Assembly: GCA_964016885.1 (NCBI GenBank) | Contig: OZ024762.1 | Coordinates: 3,658,001 to 3,722,000, forward strand | DNA length: 64,000 nt | Direction: 5' to 3' | DNA from: Eledone cirrhosa | Taxonomy: Eukaryota | Shown here: positions 13,313 to 27,076 of the stretch, piece by piece | Position numbering within the stretch: the first letter of the stretch is position 1 | Layout of the letters: the number at the start of each line of letters is the position of its first letter | Notes under the pieces: generated by a model | Seen by the model: the letters and a program-made list of their open reading frames with translations, nothing else | Database searches by the model: none | What the model was told of the DNA's origin: nothing | Position numbers and translations under genes: made by a program

Positions 13313-13487
13313 CGTTATCAGTAGAGGGTCGGACGCCATGCTATGCAGCATAAAGTTTTGGCCCTTTGCGGTCTCAGTTCAAATCCCGGTGAAGTTAGCT
13401 TTGCCTTTCATCTTTACGGGGTCAATAAAATAAAGTACCAGTAATGCACTGGGGTAATTGCTGGCCTTGTGCCAAAAGTAGAAATAA
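13313..13487 (+). mobile_element. SINE family A
   Basis: Head, core and tail all match the family consensus. Confidence 0.85.
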
Positions 13488-13529
13488 TTATTATTAAAAT
13501 AGTCCTTCTGAAGTCGAAATAGCTGGTAA

Positions 13530-13869
13530 AAGACACTTAAATCGAAAGGGACATTTATTGGCCAAAACTTTCACTATAGGGGGTTTAACCCCCATTAGGG
13601 TGTCTTACTATTATTGAAATTTTCTGAAATTTTGTGAATAGGCATCATATCTTGTCGTTTACCAATGGTTTAAATTTCATATAAATCGAAGGGAAAAAAT
13701 TTTCAGCGGGGGTTTGTGTCCCCGGGGAACCCTTTGATTAAAATGAGATATGCTTATCCAAGTACCCTGGGCAATGTGGTTTCAGAATAAATATAGTTAT
13801 GGGGGTCTATCTCCAAAACCATAGGAGTTCGTGAACAAACAGACAGGAACTACAACTTTATATATATAG
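13530..13869 (-). mobile_element. Probable Helitron-derived non-autonomous fragment
   Basis: Minus 5' end ctatatatataaagttgtagttcctgtctgtttgttc resembles Helitron 5' ends. No 3' CTAG hairpin found. Confidence 0.45.
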
Positions 13870-14055
13870 TCCAGAATTAGCCGTCGAAACGGCTTGAGCT
13901 CAGCCGTCGGGGTCCTACTCGTTCCTATATATAGATATAGATATATATATTATCAGTACAGATTCAAGTTTAAGTAGAGAATCGCTGTTTTCGCCCAATG
14001 CAATCCTTATGGAGCCCTCTTCGAATTTTGGCCTTCGTAATTATTATTCCTATAT

Positions 14056-14240
14056 CAGACCTGCCAACCTCTAAAAACCCAAACGGAGTGTACCATGAAA
14101 AAAAAGTGCCCCAAAACGGGGAGAAATGAGGCAAGATGGAGAGATTTTGCATAATGAAAGCTACACCCATTTTCACGAGAGAAGACATGTTGCAAAGGCT
14201 ATTGCAAATATCCTCGTCAGACGGAGGGTTGACAAGTCTG
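14056..14240. mobile_element. MITE with CAGACCTGCCAAC TIRs
   Basis: TIRs cagacctgccaacc / ggttgacaagtctg. Homologous copies at 23892-24117 and (inverted) 55364-55545. Confidence 0.8.
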
Positions 14241-14946
14241 ATATATATGTATGTATGTATATGTATATGTATGTATGTATGCATGTATGTGTGTATGTAT
14301 GTATGTATGTGTGTGTACAAATGTGAGAAATCAAAACATGTCAAATATGTTTGATCTTTGTATATATATACATATATGTTTTACTTTTTAAGAATGTATA
14401 TATTTATATTTAGTATAATATAAATACCATGAATGACAACATCATAGTTAGAGGATCAAAATTTATCATATAATTGGCGTGTGTATATATATGTGTGTGT
14501 GTATGTATGTATGTATATATATATGTGTGTGTGTGTGTGTAACGAGGCAAACTGACGTGTATATATATATGTGTGTGTGTGTATGTATATATATGTATGT
14601 GTGTGTGTGTGTGTGTAACGAGGCAAACAAGTAAACAACGGTTGTTACTATATATAGTGGTAGGGAGGGGGCTATGGCGTGAAAAGATAAGAATCAAGTT
14701 GATAAAATTAACACTACATGCCACCCATAAACCACAGAGCATGTTCAAGTGGATCTTATGACTTACACTAGATACAATGGCTTGTGGATGGCGGGGGCAA
14801 TTCTTCTCTGAAGACCTTCTGCTGTCTAACCTCTCCTCGGACTTTCTTACCTCTATTACACTATATTAAACGGTGGAAGCATTTCTGAATAAAGGGGGGA
14901 AACATTTGGTCAATTTAGTTGTAGTGATTAGTTTAGCTGTTATTTG

Positions 14947-15870
14947 GATTGGCAGAATCGGTAGAGCGTTAGACACCATGCTTTGCAGCATAGTGTTATG
15001 GCCCTTTACGTTCTAAGTTCAAATCCTGCCGAAGTTAACTTTAACTTACATCCTTACGGGGGTCGATAAAATAAAGTAACATCCTTACGGGGGTCGATAA
15101 AATAAAGTACCAGTAATGCTCTTGGGTAATTGCTGGCCTTGTGCCAAAAGTAGAAACAATTATCAAATATCAACCAAGATATAGAAAACTTCGATATGCG
15201 ATAAACATAACATGTACACATAGATGTTTTGGTAGTTTGGGGAGAAAAACATAATTATTGGGGGGTTGAGGGAAGCGTGCCCTCTGCCCCCCCCGCCTCT
15301 GTATTACATATGACCACTATTACATGTTATATATAATTTCCGATGACTCTTGAACTGTCTGACCGACTGACACTCTTAGTGGTCAAGCGATCAGGGGAGC
15401 GGGGGTTATCTCCCTTTGATTATATATATATTTGTGTATTATATTTATAAGGTTCCTTGTAATAACTAATGAATTCCAGGAAAAGAGGACGTTAAATAAT
15501 GATGATGCTATTACATTATATTGCTGGCCTTGTGCCAATAGTAGAAACAATTTATATTGTTGGCAGTATCGGTAGAGCGTCGGACGCCATGCTTTGTAGC
15601 ATAGAGATACGACCCTTTGCAGTCTGAGTTCAAATCCCGCCGAGGTTAACTTTGCCTTTCATCCTTACGGGGTCGACAAAATAAAGTACCAGTGTGCCAA
15701 AAGTCGAAACAATTCTATTGTAAGCTTATTATCCTGTGTGCATTGAGCGGACACAAACTACACCTCTCTCTCATATATATATAATAATAATAATAATAAT
15801 TGTTTCTACTTTTGGCACAAGGCCAGCAATTACCCAGTTCATTACTGGTACTTTATTTTATCGACCCCAA
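14947..15870 (+). mobile_element. Several family A SINE copies and fragments (14947-15161, 15521-15552, 15560-15712 plus; 15799-15870 minus)
   Basis: Family consensus match. Internal tandem duplication at about 15047-15108. Confidence 0.8.
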
Positions 15871-15992
15871 TAGTAATAATAATAAATTTGAAGACTAAAA
15901 TCCAAAGAGGGCTTATATATAATATATATATTTATTTATATATATAGCCGTCGAAACGGCTTGAGCTCTGCCGTCAGGGTCTTGAACATTTT

Positions 15993-16035
<43 letters not shown>

Positions 16036-16042
16036 ATATACA

Positions 16043-16282
16043 CAGGGGCGGTGGAATTGTGCGGGCCATGGTTTATCCCCAATAATTATATTTTTCTCCC
16101 CAAAGTACCAAAACACACATCTATTTGTAAATGCGCTACAATTTATGCACATGTTATACATGTTATGTTTATCGCAAATCGAAGGCTTTTTTTTATATAT
16201 ATATCTTGATTGATATTTGATAATAACAGCTAAATTGACTAAATTTGCCTCCCCCAATTCAGAAATACTTCCACTGCCCCTG
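16043..16282. mobile_element. hAT-like MITE
   Basis: TIRs caggggcggtggaa / ttccactgcccctg. Related inverted fragment at about 15160-15301. Confidence 0.65.
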
Positions 16283-16322
16283 ATATATATATGTGCGAAG
16301 TCACATCTGAACGTATCAGCTC

Positions 16323-16409
16323 GCATATCTGATGAGATGTAAAAGAGTCTGGCTGAGGGTAGTTTAATTGAACCCTCAGCTGATCGATATCAAAACAATT
16401 ATAATATGC
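16323..16409 (+). ncRNA. Degenerate type I hammerhead ribozyme
   Basis: gcatat CTGATGA gatgt..[gctgagggt/accctcagc hairpin]..atatc AAAAC aatt ATA atatgc. Stem I is perfect, GAAA has become AAAA. Confidence 0.65.
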
Positions 16410-16648
16410 AAATAAAGTGTGTAAATACTGCAACACTGACTTTGATTCTTCTTAATCTAATTGCACCTTGCACACTACAGCCGTAACACTGGAATACAAC
16501 CCAAACGAAATGGACCTCGTAACAGCATCGAGTGCTTCGCCCGAGGCGCCGTTAATAGCTGTCATTACACACTTAGCAAACAAATAAGTGTATATATATA
16601 TAAGTAGAGACGAGGTGTCAGATTATAAACATACATTATATATATATT

Positions 16649-16685
<37 letters not shown>

Positions 16686-16687
16686 AC

Positions 16688-16721
<34 letters not shown>

Positions 16722-16945
16722 TCGTTTGGAAGCCTTGACAATGCAGATGGGTAAATCTCCGGGTAACAAGATCCGGTGGTGGAGAGAGAGAGATGTAAGT
16801 GGGTGTACGTTGAGATGCGTGGTGTGTATTAAGCGTGTATATATATCTGACACCTCGTCCGAATCTTTTCATATTACCCACTCTACTACCCCAAATATCG
16901 AGTACTATAGTGGGTTATGGTCCACCTGGTTTTTACCACACCCTA

Positions 16946-17008
<63 letters not shown>

Positions 17009-17088
17009 CTTTATAAAGTATTTCGGCTCTGTAATATACATGTTATACAGGGATGAGGTGTCAAATATATACATACACACGTATACAT

Positions 17089-17120
<32 letters not shown>

Positions 17121-17559
17121 TATATATATAGTGCAAATAAAATAAATTTAGGCTCCGCCTACTTTTCATGTTGGGTTTGTCTGTCATATATATATATATA
17201 TATATAAGTATGTACACGTGCATACATATATGTATACAGACGTACAGTAGTATATATGTATATATATATATATATATAACCGTTTATATATATATATATA
17301 TTAAAAGAGTTAAACAAGATGCAATGAGTACATCAAAGAATGAGTTTTACAGTAGATTGGAAGCACTCTACAAGAAAATATTTTCCAGAGTTATTAATAT
17401 AATATTAAATACAAATATTAACAAAATAGATATTCTTGTGATCAATTAAATTTTATTATACATATTTCAGAGGTACGTGAATTAGGTTCAACAGTACGCC
17501 CTCGTCGTACTGAGGAGGTACTGTTGAACCTGATTCACACACAGACACGTATGCACATA

Positions 17560-17845
17560 CATACGTACACATACATACATGTATACACAAGCATATATAT
17601 ATAGAGAGATTCATGCGTAAATATACACACATGTATACACAAGCATATATATATATAGATAGATTCATGCGTACATATACACACATGTATACACAAGCAT
17701 ATATATATATATATATAGATTCATGCGTACATATACACACATGTATACACAAGCATATATATATATATAGATTCATGCGTACATATACACACATGTATAC
17801 ACAAGCATATATATATATATATAGATTCATGCGTACACATACACA
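17560..17845. repeat. ~55-bp microsatellite-containing minisatellite
   Basis: agattcatgcgtacatatacacacatgtatacacaagca(ta)n, about 5 copies. Confidence 0.85.
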
Positions 17846-18649
17846 CATATATATATATGTATACATTTACACACACATAAATACATAAGCACATACACAG
17901 ATACATGCGTACACACACACATACATGTGTGTGTATCAGCAACATGCTTAACAACAACAAAAACAATGAGAGTACTAAGTTAGTGCTGCTCTCTTTCAAC
18001 CCATAAATATTCCAATACTAGGTTAAAGAGGATTAACGACTTCATACTAAGTCGTGATCAATTAGATTAGCTAACGAATTGCATGGTGGGGCTCGCAGAT
18101 GGATATTTGGTGTCTAATGAATACATCCTAGATATGAATGGAAATATATGAGGACACGTGTTGGGGCGGAGCTCCCGGTTATTCGCGGAATTTTCCTTAG
18201 AACCTAACTAAAAATGGTTCGTTGAAACCACCGCATATTCGCGGAATTGTAAATATCTTCCTCGATTTTTTTTATGGCTTTTTTCGTGGCAATATATTTT
18301 TTTTTTAATGCTAAATTATTATTAATAACAATATACCGTATTTGCCGGTCTATTGGACGCCCCTTCGCATAAGACTTTCTTTTTTTATTATATTTTACAT
18401 TACATTTTGACGTTTATAGGCATTTTTATGGACTACGTCCAATATTCGCGGTTTTTTACTCTTCTCTGGTGCTCTAGGAACGTAACCCCAATACCGGGGG
18501 ACAACTGCATATGATATGGCCCCATAACTCCTGGGAGAGTCTTAGGGGCGCCGTTTTGTCATACTCGTACGGCGTTTCTAGGGCATTTAAAGCCTGACAG
18601 AGCCCACCCCTCTCCAGGCCTAGGATGGTTATATATATATATAAAGTCT

Positions 18650-18953
18650 CATGGCTTAGTGGTTCGAGCATTGGGCTTGCAATCAAGAGGTTGTGAGTTC
18701 GATTACCGGACCGGGTGATGCGTTGCGTCCTTGAGTAAGACACTTTATTTCACGTTGCTCCATTTCACTCAGCTGTAGAAATCAGTTGTGACATCTCTGG
18801 TGCCAAGCTGTATTGGCCATTGCCTTTCCCTTGGACAACATCGGCGGAGTAGAGATGAGAGACTGGTGTACATGGTGGGCGACTGCTGGTCTTCCACAAA
18901 CAACCTTGCTCGGACTTGTGCCTCGGAGAGGAACTTTCTACGTGTAAATCCCA
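18650..18953 (+). mobile_element. SINE family C, near full length
   Basis: tRNA head with A/B boxes, central ccttgagtaagacactttatttcacgttgctcca domain, 3' gggcgactgctggtcttccacaaacaaccttgc. Confidence 0.85.
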
Positions 18954-18975
18954 TATATATACATACACACACAGA

Positions 18976-19020
<45 letters not shown>

Positions 19021-19067
19021 CACCGAAGGGTGTATGCGAAAGGGATCTTTATATATATATATATATA

Positions 19068-19296
19068 TAGTAATAATAATAAATTTGAAGACTAAAATCC
19101 AAAGAGGGCTCGATAAGGATAAATATATATCAAATACATAAGAACCGTAGAGCAAATATTTATTATAAGAACAGATTAACGTCTAAGCAAAGAATCTCTG
19201 CCTTCACCCTTAACGGGATCTTCTGAAACTCAGAAGATCCCGTTAAGGGTGAAAGCAGCGATTCTTTGCTTAAACTTTAATCTGTTATTTTAATAA

Positions 19297-19300
<4 letters not shown>
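19068..19300. mobile_element. (TA)n-embedded repeat family 'tagtaataataataaatttgaagactaaaatcc' with fold-back
   Basis: Same terminus at 15871, 27074, 34336 and 50338. Copies at 19068 and 34336 fold back at the same point. Confidence 0.75.
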
Positions 19301-19366
<66 letters not shown>

Positions 19367-19496
19367 ACACATGCGACCATTGGTTTCGGGGTCCAGTTAT
19401 GGTCACCATTGTATAATGGAGGAGGTACTTCCAAACAGCCCCTTCAAATTGGACCGCGAACCCAATGGTCGCACATACACGCTAAATCTATGAAAC

Positions 19497-19550
<54 letters not shown>

Positions 19551-19557
<7 letters not shown>

Positions 19558-19742
19558 TAAGGTGTGGTAAGGGACCAGATGGACCATAACGCACCAGAGT
19601 ACTCGATACTTGGGGTAGTAGAGTGGGTAATAGGAAAAGAATCAGGACCCGGACGGCCGAGCTCCGGCCGTTTCGAAAGCTAGATCCGAACTGTCGGATA
19701 CAGCTGTCGAAACGGCCGGAGCTCAGCCGTCGGGGTCCTGAA

Positions 19743-19745
<3 letters not shown>
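19551..19745 (-). mobile_element. PLE pseudo-LTR-like repeat with half hammerhead and fold-back
   Basis: GAAACGGC-loop-GCCGTC|ggggtcc...ccacaccttatctga(TA)n. Copies at 13878, 15946, 16858, 21625, 27940, 35250. Confidence 0.7.
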
Positions 19746-19781
<36 letters not shown>

Positions 19782-20285
19782 TTCCAAACATTTGCAACGA
19801 CGATTGTTTGCATAAACTTTTAATGTTCTAATACACACACATATTAGAATGTTGTTGAAGTGTGGCATACATACACACACACAGATACATATATACACAC
19901 ACAAACATATCTACATACACATATACACATTTATACACGCACATATATATATATACATATGTATATATATATATATCTACACACACATATATATACACAT
20001 ACGCACGTATACAGATATCTACACATACATATATTATTATATATATATTAACACACACACGTATATATATGTACACATAAACACATATATACACGCATAT
20101 ATATATATATATAAATAAATAAATACAAATATGATGACATATATAGATACAAACATACATATACATATATGCACACACAGGCATATACACACACACATAG
20201 ACATGAGGAAGAGAGAATTATTAAACCATATATATAAATGTATTTATATAATACATATATATATATATATATATATATACATACT

Positions 20286-20324
<39 letters not shown>

Positions 20325-20473
20325 ACTCACACACACATATATATATATATATATACATACTCACACACACACATATATATATATATACACACACACACAA
20401 ACATATATATATATACATACACACAGAATGTCTCCCAAAAATGTATACATTTCAACAGCAATCTAATATATAT

Positions 20474-20532
<59 letters not shown>

Positions 20533-21086
20533 GACACAAACATATATATATACATACACACAGAATGTCTCCCAAAAATGTATACACACTTCAACAGTAA
20601 TCTAATCAGTGTGTGTAAACAGTTTTTAGCACACCCTATATATATGTGGAATGATCGATTTTCATCAAATCGGACCGAGGAAACAACGTTTCCATTGGTC
20701 TTTCCAATTGCTAATACTATCTATCGGTCGCAACTCCAGGAGAAGGAGCATACCCATGCTTTATATGTTCATTATGTCATTACAACAGCAGAGGTCCGGC
20801 GACCTTTTGATTCCAGAGTTGGGCCAAATCGAACCTTGAGCTGATCAATAGCGAAACGCGCGTCACCAATCAATAAGCGTAAAGAAAGCTTAACAAATCG
20901 TACTTGTATTATTACATATATATATTATATATACATACACGCACACACACACATATATACATATATACACACACACACACATATATACACACACACACAC
21001 ATATATATACATACACATATATATATATATACACACACACATATATACATATACACACACACACATACACACACATATATACATAT

Positions 21087-21153
<67 letters not shown>

Positions 21154-21465
21154 AAAGAGAGAAAGAGAATTATAATAAAACGCTCAGATCGAAAGTATAA
21201 TAACAAACAATAACTTATGACTAAATGAAAACAACAACAACACCCAACATTAAGGAGATGTTGTGGTGTTCATGCCAGTCTTAAGAACAACAATGAACTG
21301 AAATAACTCCTCAATAAATGGTGAATATTAAAAGGAAAAGAAATAAAATGTGTTGAAGACAAAATATAAACCGTTTTCTCTTTTTTTCCCCCTGGTTTTC
21401 TTTCAACGTTGGTCTGTGTATTCCGTATTCTATGACTGTCTAGAAATGTATGAAGTAGTAGCTGT

Positions 21466-21501
<36 letters not shown>

Positions 21502-21801
21502 ACAGTATAGTGTGTCTATGTGTGTATATATACACAATATATATATATGTGTATCCGGGTTAAATCGGGGGCAACCACAGTAAGGAACTCAATACATAGT
21601 AGAGTGTATATATATATATATATATAGGAGAAAGTATGACCCTGACGGCAGAGCTCAAGCCGTTTCGACGGAAAAAGCCATCGAAACGGCTTGAGCTCTG
21701 CCGTCGGGGTCATACTTTCTCCTATTACCCACTCTACTACCCAAAGTATTGAGTACTCTGGTGCGTTATGGTCCATCTGGTTCCTTACCACAACTCCTTC
21801 G

Positions 21802-21836
<35 letters not shown>

Positions 21837-21888
21837 CAGAGGAAGATTTACGTGTATTTACATGGGTGTATGCGAACGGGTATAAATA

Positions 21889-21963
21889 GAGGGTGTCTCG
21901 AAAAATGTATACACAGAGATCAGAATGCTGTTGAAGTGTGTATATATTTTTGCGGACACCCTG
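21889..21963. mobile_element. Tc1/mariner-type mini-MITE
   Basis: TA-flanked (c)agggtgtc..aaaaatgtataca TIRs. Copies at 20423-20637, 51455-51532 and 63397-63495. Confidence 0.75.
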
Positions 21964-22238
21964 TATATATTAAACGTGTATGTGTACTATGTACATATAC
22001 ACGTGTGTATATATATACATATGTGTGTGTGTGTGCGTATATATTTATGTAAATATGTGTGTGTAACTGTGATCATGTACAGATATATACGTATGTATAT
22101 CTGAAATATATAGTTATGCATGACTACCTTTATACACACACACATGTGAATGTGTGTGTGTACATATATATATATATAGCCTGTCATATAAATCTCTCTC
22201 CTCTCTCTCTCTATATATATATATATATGTATATATAG

Positions 22239-22284
<46 letters not shown>

Positions 22285-22333
22285 ATAAGGGTGGGCGTGT
22301 ATATCTGTACGTATAAGAATATGTATGCATGTT

Positions 22334-22370
<37 letters not shown>

Positions 22371-22454
22371 AAATATATAGATGTGTATATATATGTGTGT
22401 GTGTGTGTATAAGGGTGGACGTGTATATCTGTACGTATAAGAATATGTATGCAT

Positions 22455-22494
<40 letters not shown>

Positions 22495-22959
22495 AAATAT
22501 ATAGATGTGTATATATATGTGTGTGTGTGTGTATAAGGGTGGACGTGTATATCTGTACGTATAAGAATATGTATGCATGTTTATATATATATATATATAT
22601 ATGTGTGTAAATATATAGATCTGTATATATATGTGTGTGTGTGTGTGTGTAAAATATTCTGTTATCGTAATTTTTTTGTTTACCGTAGTTTGGGTAGATT
22701 GAGTAGGTGATCCTTCTTTCCTCTGTCTTTTGTAACAGACATTTATACATAGTACGTATGTATATACATAAATATACGGCGTGAATGAATACACATGAGT
22801 GTGTGTGTGTGTGTGTATGTTCACACGGTGTGAAGGAAGATAGCGTAAATAGAAAACAGCCGCCACACGAAAGTTGGTCCGACCTTCGCAGCCAAGGTGA
22901 ATCGGTGACGGGTGAAAATGTGTTACCTATCTATAAGAAGACCGGTGACTTGTTGGACT

Positions 22960-23870
22960 TCCTTCAGTTACAACGATGAATTTTCCAGTTGATCGACTAA
23001 TGGAACCACCTGCTCATAAAATCGACGTGTAAGTGACTCAGCATTCTACAGACACGTGTACTCTAGCCTGCACATGAAATCGACGTGTAAGTGGCTGAGC
23101 ATTCCACAGGCACGTGTATCCTTAACGTAGTTTTCAGGGAGTCAGAATTCAATGTGACAGCATGTCACCGCGTAGGACAGTGCTATACCGCATAACACCA
23201 CGTGACACATCATGATACAGTGTGACGCTGTATTATACAGCATGACAGTGTGATACACAGCATGATACACTGTGTCGCAGCATGACGCTGCATGATAGAG
23301 TGTGATACAGCAGGGCACAGTGTATCACCATGAGACCCTGTGTGACACAGCATGACACTGCAAGATAGAGTGTGATACAGCAGGACACAATGTAACACCA
23401 TGTGACGCCGTGTGACACAGCATGATACACTGTGACACCATGTGACATAGCATGATGAACTGTGACACATTGTGACATAGCATGATACAGTATGACAGTG
23501 TAACACCGCATTATACAATGTGATACCATATGACAGGGTGACGCAGCAGGATACTGTGTGACAGCATGATACAATGTGACACCGTGTGACAGCATGATAC
23601 AGTGTGACACCATGTGACAGCAGGATACAGTGTGATACCATATGACAGCATGACACAATGTGACATCATGATACAGGGTGACTCCATGTGACAGCATGAT
23701 ACAATGTGACACCATGACACAGTGTGACACCATGACACTGTGTGACAACATGATACAGTATGACACAATGTGACAGCATGATACAGTGTGACACCATGTG
23801 ACAGCAGGATACAGTGTGACGCAGCATGCAATGATGTTGTGTCCCTCTAAGTTACAACTACAACTCAATT
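22960..23870 (+). mobile_element. SINE-like element with internal gtgacagcatgataca minisatellite expansion (23152-23825)
   Basis: ttccagttgatc..ggaaccacctgctc..gtggctgagcattccacaggcacgtgtatccttaacgtagttttcagggag on the left resembles an abundant octopus repeat as I recall it. About 680 bp of gtgac/atgat units follow. Confidence 0.6.
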
Positions 23871-24619
23871 TTAGATTTGACATAATATAAAAGACCTGTC
23901 AATTTCTAAAATCCCAAATCGGGGAGTACCATGAAAAACAGTGCCCTAAAACGAGGAGTACGATGAAAAAAAGTGCCCCAAACAGGGAGAAATAAGGCAA
24001 AATGGGGAGATTTTACATAATAAAAGCTATACCCATTTTCACAATAGAAGACATCTCTCACCCACCCCAAAGTGGGTAGGAGATCTCCCCATCAGACAGG
24101 AAGAGTTGACAGGTCTGAAAGAGTGATAACTAGAGATATTGAAGTGGGTACAAAGTGCGGAGTATTTCAATAAGGGCTCTCAACCTTCAGAAGTCATGAT
24201 AAAAGAGAGGTAGAGTGAGGAAAGGGTTTGATGGTGACGTTTGGTGTGCCGAGCTCACAAATGTTATCCAAACATCTTGCTCAGGGTCTACCAGATTTGT
24301 TAAAAACACAACAAAAACTATAGGAAAAACATAAATTTCACCTCCAAAACAAGATGGATGCCATCATCATCATCCTCGTTTAACACTTTAGCATTTAAAC
24401 CAGCCATATCCGGCCAGAATTCTCTCAATTCTGTTCAAATTGGCCAGAATTTTCTCACCTGCCTTTGTTCAAATTGGCCGTAATTGGCTACTCATACTGA
24501 TGTTAAGGTATTGTTCTCAAAATAAATAACATCAAAATCTCATAGATTCGATATTATGTGAGATAATTATGAGAGATAAAGCCTTTACCATGAAAATACA
24601 ATAATATATATGTATGTAT

Positions 24620-24945
24620 GATCCCATAACTCCTGATAGAGTCGTAGGGTCACCGTATTGACATACAGTGTTTATTGGGCATTTTAAGCCTGACGGAGCG
24701 CATCCCTCTCTAGGCCGGAGTACAGCAGATTTCTTCCAGAAAAAGACAGAAAGTGAGAGAGGAAATGAGAAAGAGATATAGAGGAAGAATCGACCCCAGT
24801 ACAAGACTGGTACTTTTTTATCGACCTCAAAAGGATGAAAGGCAAAATTGGCCGCAGCGGGATTTGAACTCAGAGAGCAGAGAGTTGGAATGAATAACAT
24901 ACAGCATTCGATCCGACGTTCTAACCACTCTGCCAATTCGCCATC
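24620..24945 (-). mobile_element. SINE family A variant with extended 3' segment
   Basis: tRNA head and core followed by ttctggaagaaatctgctgtactc..ggcttaaaatg..gaccctacgactctatc. Homologue at 57415-57740 (plus) and partial at 18510-18625. Confidence 0.75.
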
Positions 24946-25330
24946 TTGGATAGTACATGTAGAGTAATGTAAATACTAAAGGGTTAATGTCCGTTTTCCA
25001 CACTAACATGGCTTAGACGGTTTGTCTCATTAGAGGCATGTTGGGTCAAGTGACCATGTCTTGATCATATTGAACTGTTTTATGTCATTATAAAAATTGA
25101 TCCAATAGTCAAATAAAATAATAGATGGGATAATCCTGTGTAAACAGTTACTAATCGTCGCCATGTTAGTATTACCATATAAGGTATGGCTGGCATCAGC
25201 TGTGACCAACATACTACAGCTAGTAACCCTTTTCTTAGCATATCCCTAATGAAATACACAGCATTTGTATTAATTAATCAAGAATTTGGAAAGATTTACT
25301 GAAATTGTTAATGATTAATTTTTTCCTTAA

Positions 25331-25551
25331 CCCTTTAGCATTTACATTACTTTATATTTACTATTGTATTTTTGTGGTAAAGACTTTATCTCTCATAATT
25401 ATCTCACATAATATCAAATCTATGAAATTTTGATGTTATCTGTTTTGAGAACAATACCTTAGCATCAATATGAGTGGCCAGTTACAGCCGGTTTGAACAG
25501 AAAGAAGTGAGAAAATTCTGGCCAGATATGGCTGGTTTAAATGCTAAAGAG
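25331..25551. mobile_element. piggyBac-like MITE
   Basis: TTAA|CCCTTTAGCATTTA ... TAAATGCTAAAGAG|TTAA. Other copies at 30673-31046 and 62869-63087, partials at about 5940, 24383 and 30337. Confidence 0.85.
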
Positions 25552-27012
25552 TTAAGATGATATTTGTAACATAACTTAACAAAAGGTAAATATATATGCT
25601 GGAATGTTTTAATTTAGATAGTTTACAAAATGGTCCCTCACTCTACAGAGTGTATCTTATAATGGTACCAACACTAGGCAGGTTGTCAAGTCTTTGACAC
25701 AGCTCACGAGTCATCCCAACTTTTGGCTTGACAAGTTTTCTACAGCTAGATGCCTTTCCTATCACCAACACTAGAGAGCTTGTCATGTCTTTGACTCAGC
25801 TCAAGAGTCCTCTTCACCCTTTCTTTGACAGGTTTTCTAAAGCTAGATGTCCTTCCTATCACCAGCCACTTTACAGAGTGTACTGGGGGCTCTTATCGTG
25901 TAAGTCACCAGCACTAGGGAGGTTGTCATGTTTTTGACACAACTCACGAGTCATCCCAACTTTTTGTTAGGCAGGTTTTCTAAAGCTACATGCCCTTCCT
26001 ATCACCAGCACTAGGTCGGTTGTCATGTATTTGACACTGTTCAAGAGTCCTCCTGGCCCTTTCTTTGACAGGTTTTCTACAGCTAGATGCCCCTCTGTAT
26101 CTATGTATGTATGTATCGATGTATCTATGTATGTATGACAAAGGGTGGAAGAACTTATAAGAGTCAACGGCTATCCGAGAGTGTGTAAATATGTATATAC
26201 ACATGTACTGCACGGTTAAACCACTGGGAGTGAAGGACCCCTAGCCTTTGTCAGGGCATTCTTCTAGGAGAAGGCAACTCAGGAAACTGGGATGACTCCG
26301 ATATAAAACCTGCGGCTCAGTAGTTACCGATGATGTTGATCTTTTCTTCTTTTCGAGTTATAGCTACTGTCGCTCAGAGAGTGGGATTGGCTCAGTGCAT
26401 AGTCTTTCCTCACTTTAAAAAATATCTTCACGCACAGGCATTGCACGATAGAATTGATTAATAATTATTAATAATGTTATATCGTGCAATGACCATACTC
26501 GATAACGAGGGGGCAGCCATCATGTATGTATGTATGCATTTATATATGTATGTATGCATCTATGTATGCATGTATGTATGCATCTATATATGTATGTATG
26601 TATATATATATATATGTATGTGTGTCTGTGTCTGTGTCTGTTGTATTTATATATAAATATGTTAACAGAGCTACCAGAATATTGATCCATATAACCCCAG
26701 CTGGCCCACTACTCAATGATACTGAAGATTTGAACGTGGGAATAGTTAGAACACTTTAATATATTCTTTTATATTCACCATACCTTCCGTAGTTAATATC
26801 TTCATCACTCTGGTGGTTTTCGATCCCCTATGACTAAACACATATGCCTATGTGTACTGCTCTCTATATGTTGATTTATAAAGAGCCTGGAGTCTATTCC
26901 TTGAGCTCATTAAATTATAGGGGATTAATGTGAATCTTTAACTCCGATTTTTAATTTTATATATAGAAGTTGTTTTTCGCTAATTTCCAAAGCTGAAATA
27001 CGATTCTCGCTA

Positions 27013-27076
<64 letters not shown>

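Noticed and set aside
18150-18450. CpG-rich promoter (GC box, E-box)
   Set aside because: Includes a Tc2-like TIR start (taccgtatttgccggtctat) and repeated attcgcgg motifs. More likely transposon-derived, and there is no TSS evidence.
18650-18725. tRNA gene (and similar heads elsewhere)
   Set aside because: A/B boxes run into SINE bodies. No complete cloverleaf or terminator.
23210-23883. Cys/His-rich metallothionein-like ORFs
   Set aside because: Translation of a minisatellite.
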